Shown: piece after piece, positions 58,601 to 64,000 of the stretch
Position numbering within the stretch: position 1 is the stretch's first letter
Layout: each line of letters starts with the position of its first letter
DNA from: Candidatus Terrybacteria bacterium RIFCSPHIGHO2_01_FULL_43_35
GTDB taxonomy: Bacteria; Patescibacteriota; Minisyncoccia; Terrybacterales; GWB1-40-14
Length of the DNA stretch: 64,000 nt
Reading direction: 5' to 3'
NCBI GenBank assembly: GCA_001822815.1
Contig: MHSR01000013.1
Span: 149,093 to 213,092 of the forward strand
Position numbers and translations under genes: made by a program
The notes under the pieces: generated by a model
Databases searched by the model: none
What the model was told of the DNA's origin: nothing
Seen by the model: only the letters and a program-made list of their open reading frames with translations

Positions 58601-60205
58601 TATGATGCCAATAACCGCCTAACCACAAAAACTTTCCCAGGCAGTATTCTGAACGTATATACCTATGACGCCAATGGGAACGTAACAAGCGCGGCAAATC
58701 TTGCTGTAGCATATTCCTATACCTATGACGCTTTAGATAGATTAATTGTGGTTGGTGGTCCCGGCGTGTTTTCTACAAATACATACATTTATGATTTAAA
58801 CGGCAACAAAATATCTTTTCAGGCAGAGGCGCAAAATCAAACCATAATTAACAACACGTATGCTTATGATGTCTTAAACCGTCTCACAAGCATTACAGAC
58901 AAGGCCAGCCGCGTATATAGCTTTACCTATGATTCGGCATCTCGCCGTACAAACTTAAGCTATCCCAACAATACCGCAATTTCATACGCGTATGATGCCG
59001 CAGACCGTCTGTTGCAGCTTACAAACACAGATTCGCAAAGCAATGTCTTTGCCGAATCTATATACACATACGATCAGATAGGGAATCGTTTAAGTAATTC
59101 AAACGAAAAGAAATTATCCGCATATGCGTATGATGCGTTATCTCGTGTCACCCAAGTTCAAGAGAAATTAAAGCCGTTAAGCGAACACCCGAATTTCCAA
59201 ACAACAGAACAATATTCGTATGACGCTGTTGGGAACCGTTTAACTGGCCCGGTATTGGGAAATTACACATATAACGCAGCCAATGAAGCGTTAACCGCGC
59301 CAAGCATGCTGTTAACCTATGACGCAAACGGCAATATATCAACAAAAATTGCTTCACCGTTAGCGTGGGCTTATACTTATGACCCTGAAAATCGTCTAAC
59401 TCAATTACAGAAGACAGACCCAATTGACAACAGAACATTTGAGTATAAGTATGACCCATTCGGTCGTAGAATAGAATACAAGGTTATTGCTGGTAATCAG
59501 ACTACAATCAGTAAGTATTTATACGATAATGAGGATATTGCTTTTATTACTGATGGTTCAAACGTCATAACCCACGCATTTGTGCATGGGCCTGGTATAG
59601 ATGAACCCTTAGCATTTATCGACACAAACAATGTTCCATATTTCTACATGTACGACGGCCTCGGGTCTGTTGTCGGGTTAACGGATAATAACCAGCATGT
59701 TGCAGAAAGATATGATTACGATTCATTCGGAGGTTATCTTGGGCAGGGGGCGAATGCCACAAAACAACCCTATACGTTTACTGGAAGGGAATACGATCAA
59801 GAAGCCGAACTCTACTATTACCGTACACGATATTACGACCCAGCCATAGGACGATTCATATCGAGGGATATCATCCCAGGTTTTGTTTTTAATCCGCAAA
59901 CCATCAATTCCTATACGTATGTATTGAACAATCCCCAAAGATTTGTTGATCCGTTTGGATTAGAGGCACAAGCTTCATCTGTTTTTACTTTCGATAACAC
60001 GGAAGCTTTTGAATTTATTGGGAAAACACAAGAAAAAATAAAAAAGATTTTTAGTGATCCCGAGGCAATTTTGACTTTATCTGAGGATTTCATAAATCTG
60101 GCCCTGCTCGTTATCTATAAATCTATGGATCCGATAGGTCCATTTATATTCCCGCCACTTGGATCACCAGTAGTAAATCCTTCTTATAAACAAACTCAAA
60201 CATGA
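55691..60205 (+). CDS. rhs: Rhs/YD-repeat polymorphic toxin: signal peptide, right-handed beta-helix (PbH1) region, YD repeats, RHS core ending DPFGL, ~80-aa C-terminal toxin tail
   Basis: beta-helix repeats (NNIFSYNQFGIAMD...), >30 YD repeats (TFTYDANSNLLTVTDA...), YVLNNPQRFVDPFGL RHS core motif. Confidence 0.85.
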   Translation: MNKFSFLCKCGAILFGVFLFITIPTLAHAKDFVEGTGTHFEIQGSQYLDVTLDSSEEVKVRLDSVPQMILLNIESTNVSTSTNIMLSGLEPNHTYYKYQDDYHNLTEVLTDAQGAYSYAQDISIPRFIFIQPTPGTKFISDSATGGDCTTIGNWNSATKTCTLTGNVNQTIQIDSDGITLDGAGYANTGSNTGFGVYVYQKLDITIKNVTLSAFTIGIYALRSSYNQFINNIFSYNQFGIAMDLSTNATVANNIMTINNRGIYAFANPDNPTSDHIIYGNHISGSIIAGIHLAFNAGDTVYKNHIENNDIGIFLQYFSGVGSYTVYNNNFINNVSQALSVDGQTVANLDKPIGGNYWSDYDAPAEGCNDANSDNFCDAPYIFNYGQDNLPWIIQDGWTLLPETEVAFNSASSTPNVLLNAEPVNTLYGNYLRAENNLKVPGLGVTTEFSASYNSLSEEAGSLGHKWTHNYAMRIDLYSDGVVVVNEDGRQDAYEKNGGIYTPRPGIFDALVKNQDDSFTLTRKNQTVFEFDADGILETISDKNGNTTTLVHTSGLLTSVTDAVGRTTQFTYDTENRIITVTDPANQQFNYTYDTAGDLVTFTNPNSEIATYFYDTDHNLTKIVDANGHTVVENTYQDGQVVLQKDGLGNQTTYSYSTTPTRSTLITDPRGGQTTHIYDADLRIATVIDALGNTTAYEYDANNNRISITDDNNHETTFTYDAHGNVLTITDPLNNTTTFTYDSKNNVLTETNARNFTTTFTYDANSNLLTVTDALSGVTIFTYNTLGQLIEKEDARGNSAFFTYDTYGNVNKITDALGNETHLTFDVLSRLTSITDALNHTSSTTYDAVGRLLTTTDPLNNTTTFVYDDVGNLVSVIDAKSQTTTYLYDANNRLTQVTDAVSGITTYSYDATNNRTAVHDANNNTTNYEYSLVNKLTKQIDALSAQTQYQYDGVGNVTSYINANGQTVGFAYDANNRLTTKTFPGSILNVYTYDANGNVTSAANLAVAYSYTYDALDRLIVVGGPGVFSTNTYIYDLNGNKISFQAEAQNQTIINNTYAYDVLNRLTSITDKASRVYSFTYDSASRRTNLSYPNNTAISYAYDAADRLLQLTNTDSQSNVFAESIYTYDQIGNRLSNSNEKKLSAYAYDALSRVTQVQEKLKPLSEHPNFQTTEQYSYDAVGNRLTGPVLGNYTYNAANEALTAPSMLLTYDANGNISTKIASPLAWAYTYDPENRLTQLQKTDPIDNRTFEYKYDPFGRRIEYKVIAGNQTTISKYLYDNEDIAFITDGSNVITHAFVHGPGIDEPLAFIDTNNVPYFYMYDGLGSVVGLTDNNQHVAERYDYDSFGGYLGQGANATKQPYTFTGREYDQEAELYYYRTRYYDPAIGRFISRDIIPGFVFNPQTINSYTYVLNNPQRFVDPFGLEAQASSVFTFDNTEAFEFIGKTQEKIKKIFSDPEAILTLSEDFINLALLVIYKSMDPIGPFIFPPLGSPVVNPSYKQTQT

Positions 60206-60471
60206 TCACCTTATTTTTAGTAATAAGCGGTTTATTGCTTATTATAATTGGCTTATCAAATAAAGCTCGTAAAGAACCACCCGTACCAATAGCCGTATTT
60301 GGCGTAAGGCCGACGCCGTCCAGATTTGCCGCGCTTCCGTTAGGTATCATATTTATATCTATTGGCGTGTTTATGATTATTTATCCAATAAACGCATTAA
60401 TTTCTTATATGATTATTGCACTTAGCGTTTTGATTGCAACGATTGTTTATTGGCCACATATCAAAAAATGA
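60202..60471 (+). CDS. putative Rhs immunity protein (small membrane protein)
   Basis: 2 TM helices; immediately downstream of rhs toxin tail. Confidence 0.45.
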   Translation: MITLFLVISGLLLIIIGLSNKARKEPPVPIAVFGVRPTPSRFAALPLGIIFISIGVFMIIYPINALISYMIIALSVLIATIVYWPHIKK

Positions 60472-61322
60472 TCCTTGAAAGTGAAAGTAAATCTCAATTT
60501 AGCCATCAGCTATTTAATGCTTGGTTAAACGGTCTATGGCCGCAAGATAACGACCCCTTCGGAAGACGGATAGAGTACAAGGTTATTGCTGGTAACCAGA
60601 CTACAATCAGTAAGTATTTATACGATAATGAAGATATTGCTTTTATTATTGACGGTTCAAACGTCATAACCCACGCATTTGTGCATGGGCCAGGCATTGA
60701 TGAGCCAATTGCTTTTACGGATGTTAACAATACGCCATATTTCTACATGTACGACGGCCTCGGGTCTGTTGTCGGGCTTACCAACAACTCAGAGCATGTT
60801 GCTGAAAGTTACGATTACGATAGCTTTGGACGGTATCTTGGACAGGGGAGTAATGCTATAAAACAACCTTATACGTTTACCGGACGAGAGTTCGATCAAG
60901 AATCAGAGTTGTATTACTACCGCGCCCGTTACTACGATCCTCAAATAGGGAGGTTTATTTCGCGAGATGCCTTCGGTGGTTTCCCCGATATTCCTTCAAC
61001 GCTTCATCGCTACACGTACGTAAGGAACAATCCAATAAACGACATTGATCCAAGCGGGAATATTGATATTTCTGCTGCAGAACGACTTCAAGCTTCGCTT
61101 CCTGATACGCTTAATAGGATTGCGGATGTTTTTGAGCTGTATGGAGTTGGGGTAAAAACTCCTTATGCGCCAGAACAGATTGGTTTTACGGTCCAATATA
61201 TTGGGCTCAGTTTTGGCATTCCTATTGATCCCGGATTGGTTGCTGTGGGCGTGAAGGCAACTGGCGTCTTTTCTTCTTTGCTTTCTAAAACTCTTCATAC
61301 GATAGCTAAAAATTTACGTTAA
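60468..61322 (+). CDS. orphan rhs C-terminal fragment with alternative toxin tail
   Basis: homologous to rhs 59450-59930 (DPFGRRIEYKVIAGNQTTISKYLYDNEDIAF...YYRARYYDP..GRFISRD), ends in DPSGN core variant then distinct ~95-aa tail; ATGA overlap with upstream gene. Confidence 0.6.
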   Translation: MILESESKSQFSHQLFNAWLNGLWPQDNDPFGRRIEYKVIAGNQTTISKYLYDNEDIAFIIDGSNVITHAFVHGPGIDEPIAFTDVNNTPYFYMYDGLGSVVGLTNNSEHVAESYDYDSFGRYLGQGSNAIKQPYTFTGREFDQESELYYYRARYYDPQIGRFISRDAFGGFPDIPSTLHRYTYVRNNPINDIDPSGNIDISAAERLQASLPDTLNRIADVFELYGVGVKTPYAPEQIGFTVQYIGLSFGIPIDPGLVAVGVKATGVFSSLLSKTLHTIAKNLR

Positions 61323-61332
61323 ATTTATAAAT

Positions 61333-61662
61333 ATGAACACAGAAAAATTTTATAACATATTTTTTGCTTTAGGCGGTATTGTGATTGCCTTTATTTATTT
61401 ATTTCTTTTTATATGGTTTTTAAAGCGGCGAGCTCATAAGATAAAATTTATCATAAGCCAAGAAAAAAGCGTGATTATTGACGATAAATTAAAAACATAT
61501 GGGTGGATTATTTTTATTTTAACCCTTCCGACTTGGTTTTTGATTACATCCGATATTCTTAACGACCAACCTTTTTTACTCGATGTGGTGGCAAGTATTG
61601 ATTTGTTATTAACTTATGTAGCAATTAGGTTTTGGCTTGCCAGCATCAAACCAAAAGAATGA
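61333..61662 (+). CDS. putative immunity protein (membrane)
   Basis: TM helices, position after orphan toxin tail. Confidence 0.4.
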   Translation: MNTEKFYNIFFALGGIVIAFIYLFLFIWFLKRRAHKIKFIISQEKSVIIDDKLKTYGWIIFILTLPTWFLITSDILNDQPFLLDVVASIDLLLTYVAIRFWLASIKPKE

Positions 61663-62729
61663 TTCTTGAAAACCAACAAATAAAACATCAAATCTTCAAC
61701 GCCTGGCTAAATAGTCTTTTGCCAAAAGACGCCAACGGCAACATATCAACAAAAATTGCTTCGCCATTAGCGTGGGCTTATACTTATGACCCGGAAAATA
61801 GATTAACCCAACTTTCTAAGACGGATCCGATTGATAACCGTACATTTCAATACGCATATGATCCATTTGGAAGACGAATAGAATACAAGGTTATTGCAGG
61901 GAACCAGACTACAATCAGTAAGTATTTATACGATAATGAGGATATTGCTTTTATTACTGATGGTTCAAATACAGTTACGCATGCATTCGTGCATGGACCT
62001 GGAATTGATGAGCCGTTGGCGTTTACCGATGTTAACAACACGCCGTATTTCTATTTGTACGATGGTTTGGGAAGCGTTGTCGGATTAACTGATAACAACC
62101 AGCATGTGGCTGAAAGATACGATTACGATTCATTCGGACGTTATCTGGGACAGGGCAATAACGCCATAAAACAACCCTACACGTTCACTGGTAGGGAATA
62201 TGATCAGGAAAGCGGGCTATATTACTACAGGGCGCGTTATTATGATCCGACCATAGGACGATTTATTTCGAGGGATCCTATCTCTAATAATAATCCCGAT
62301 TTGGTATCATCCAATGTTTATAGTTATGTAGAAAATAATCCTGTCACTAGAACTGATCCGATGGGACTGTGGTACATAGACGTTAATGGTTCCGTTGGTT
62401 TTTGGGGCGGCATTACAGCCGGATTCTTAATAGGCTCAGAAGGATTTTATTATTACGTAGGTGGGGGGATAGTTACTCCGCTTGCTGGCTTATCTCTAAC
62501 ATATTCTCCAAATAATCCCACAGTTGGTCTGAATGCTGGTGCGCAGGCCGGTTTTGGTATTGGTGGCCAGGCTGGCTACAGTTATGAAGACGGTAAAGAG
62601 CCGTTCCGAGAGTATGGATTGGTTACTCCCGGCGTATCGGTAACCGTTTACGAAGTATTCAAGGTTCAACTGCCCTCGTTTTTAAAAAATGAAGTTGAAG
62701 CAGCATTTACAGAAAATAATGAAAAATAA
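61659..62729 (+). CDS. second orphan rhs C-terminal fragment with distinct Gly-rich toxin tail
   Basis: homology to rhs 59330-59930 begins at DANGNISTKIASPLAWAYTYDPENRLTQL; DPMGLW core then unique tail. Confidence 0.6.
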   Translation: MILENQQIKHQIFNAWLNSLLPKDANGNISTKIASPLAWAYTYDPENRLTQLSKTDPIDNRTFQYAYDPFGRRIEYKVIAGNQTTISKYLYDNEDIAFITDGSNTVTHAFVHGPGIDEPLAFTDVNNTPYFYLYDGLGSVVGLTDNNQHVAERYDYDSFGRYLGQGNNAIKQPYTFTGREYDQESGLYYYRARYYDPTIGRFISRDPISNNNPDLVSSNVYSYVENNPVTRTDPMGLWYIDVNGSVGFWGGITAGFLIGSEGFYYYVGGGIVTPLAGLSLTYSPNNPTVGLNAGAQAGFGIGGQAGYSYEDGKEPFREYGLVTPGVSVTVYEVFKVQLPSFLKNEVEAAFTENNEK

Positions 62730-62749
62730 TAATTAATACGTTAAATAAT

Positions 62750-62947
62750 ATGATTAATAATATCGGAGATATAATTTTTTTTCTTGTTGGGATAGCGTGT
62801 ATAGTTTTTAGTAAGCAGATCGGACATGCTACAAGCGGCTTTCATAAAAAATTAGGATATAACTTTAGTGAGAGGGGCTATCGAATAGCCTTTATTTTAG
62901 CCGGAACCCTTTTTGTCCTTTTTAGTTTATCAAACCTCTTGCGATAG
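62750..62947 (+). CDS. putative immunity protein (small membrane protein)
   Basis: 2 TM helices, position. Confidence 0.35.
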   Translation: MINNIGDIIFFLVGIACIVFSKQIGHATSGFHKKLGYNFSERGYRIAFILAGTLFVLFSLSNLLR

Positions 62948-62996
62948 GCCGATATACTATTTCTTAAGTAAAAAGCAATAGATTCAATAGTAAAAA

Positions 62997-63806
62997 ATGA
63001 TTCCTGAAACCGAAAATGGTGAATATGCGGTTCAAGTTATCGGAACAGGCGAAGGGAGCTACACATTAGATTCTCTGGCAGTAGATGCAGATGGCGCACC
63101 GCATACCGCAACGTTTGCGGGCAACACTAACATCAACATTCAAGCGGTATACGATCTTTCCTATGATGCCGCACAGCCGCAAAATATAACTATAGTTTCT
63201 GAAGACACGACTGCGCCGATAATCACGCATACCGCCATCAACCCACAATATCTTCTAAACACAGCCTCAATCCCACTTAGCTTCGATACAAACGATAGTG
63301 GTACTGGCATTTATCGGCTTGAGGTCAATCTTGACGGGTCGCCATTAACATCTGGTCAGTTTTTGGCTTTTACCGTTCCGGGCAACCATCTCATTCGTAT
63401 TTCGGCAGAGGATTTCGTTGGCAATGTGCGAACCGAGGAAATTCCGTTTGCTGTCGTATATCAGTTCAGTGGGTTTCTTTCACCGATCAAGGCTGATGGT
63501 AGCGGCATTTATAATCTTGGCCGGACTTTACCTGTGAAGTTCCAACTTACGGATGCGAATGGCGTCTTCGTATCGACGGCCGTTGCCCAACTTCTTGCCG
63601 CAAAAATCCAAGATGGCATTGTTGGAACTGAAGAAGTCCCGCTTTCAAGCTCTGTTGCGGATATCGGGAATCTTTTTAGATACGATTCTTCTACCCAGCA
63701 ATATATCTACAATCTTGCGACCTCATCATTAGGTCTTGGCACGTGGCAACTTAAGGTTGTTCTCGATGACGGAAAGAACTATACGGTTGTTATTTCGCTG
63801 CATTAA
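62997..63806 (+). CDS. hypothetical protein (Ig-like beta-rich)
   Basis: ORF only. Confidence 0.35.
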   Translation: MIPETENGEYAVQVIGTGEGSYTLDSLAVDADGAPHTATFAGNTNINIQAVYDLSYDAAQPQNITIVSEDTTAPIITHTAINPQYLLNTASIPLSFDTNDSGTGIYRLEVNLDGSPLTSGQFLAFTVPGNHLIRISAEDFVGNVRTEEIPFAVVYQFSGFLSPIKADGSGIYNLGRTLPVKFQLTDANGVFVSTAVAQLLAAKIQDGIVGTEEVPLSSSVADIGNLFRYDSSTQQYIYNLATSSLGLGTWQLKVVLDDGKNYTVVISLH

Positions 63807-63826
63807 CATGCCGCGGAAACAGTTCG

Positions 63827-64000
63827 TTCTCACCATTATTGTTATTGCCGCCGTCTTGGTGGCAATAGCGCTGTTGCTTGTCTCTCTCGACCTAAAAAAG
63901 AATCCTCATCCAGTGGAAACAATGAAACCTCTCCACGGGCCATGCCTAGAAAAAGATGAATATGCGGATTACCCATTTTGGCCCGAGACGCATGTTCCAA
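63827..64000 (+). CDS. hypothetical membrane protein (3'-partial at window edge)
   Basis: ATG 63827 followed by TM segment LTIIVIAAVLVAIALLLV; truncated by window. Confidence 0.3.

Noticed and set aside
60506-62041. Minus-strand ORFs inside the orphan rhs fragments (60506-60730, 61847-62041, 60996-61298)
   Set aside because: They are antisense to conserved Rhs-homologous coding sequence and are repeated only because the sense strand is repeated.

Overview
This 64 kb window looks like a fragment from a small-genome, uncultivated bacterium (Patescibacteria/CPR-like). The lineage call is an inference from gene content and compact intergenic regions. The genetic code appears standard, with TGA used as a stop. 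Gene content is densely packed and mixes housekeeping genes (nusA, H+-pyrophosphatase, tig-clpP, gpmI, ArfB, fpg, sppA, htrA) with several accessory modules. Five tRNAs are present (Gly-UCC, Pro-UGG, Arg-UCU, His-GUG, Arg-CCU); none encodes its 3' CCA. I found no rRNA genes, CRISPR arrays or clear transposases.

The accessory modules are:
1. A type IV pilus (T4P) assembly operon (pilB, pilC, three pseudopilins, pilM/N/O) preceded by a two-component system. It contains a 980-aa PilX-N-terminus-like protein carrying seven tandem ~50-aa Cys-containing repeats, which I interpret as a putative seven-bladed-propeller tip adhesin.
2. An extracytoplasmic disulfide and copper module: two DsbA-like proteins, a CcdA/DsbD-like membrane domain fused to a duplicated His-rich periplasmic domain, copZ, copA, a cupredoxin, DoxX and a thioredoxin-like protein. 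A 659-aa extremely Cys-rich secreted protein with FN3/PKD-like domains is a plausible client.
3. An Rhs/YD-repeat polymorphic toxin locus. The main gene encodes an N-terminal beta-helix, YD repeats and a DPxGL core, followed by two orphan rhs-CT/immunity cassettes. Each orphan starts with a conserved leader and is ATGA-coupled to the upstream immunity gene.
4. A tRNA island (tRNA-Gly, tRNA-Pro) with three copies of a ~72-bp structured repeat showing compensatory stem changes, plus two degenerate tRNA-Pro 5'-half copies.
5. A short palindromic repeat family with intergenic copies and one copy apparently inserted in-frame into htrA, reminiscent of Rickettsia palindromic elements.
6. A GC-rich structured leader with a terminator-like hairpin upstream of a membrane protein and NhaD-like transporter pair, which I treat as a candidate riboswitch of unassigned class.
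7. A frameshifted paralogous pseudogene next to fpg.

Coordinates of RNA genes and repeats were read by hand from the sequence and may be off by 1-2 nt.
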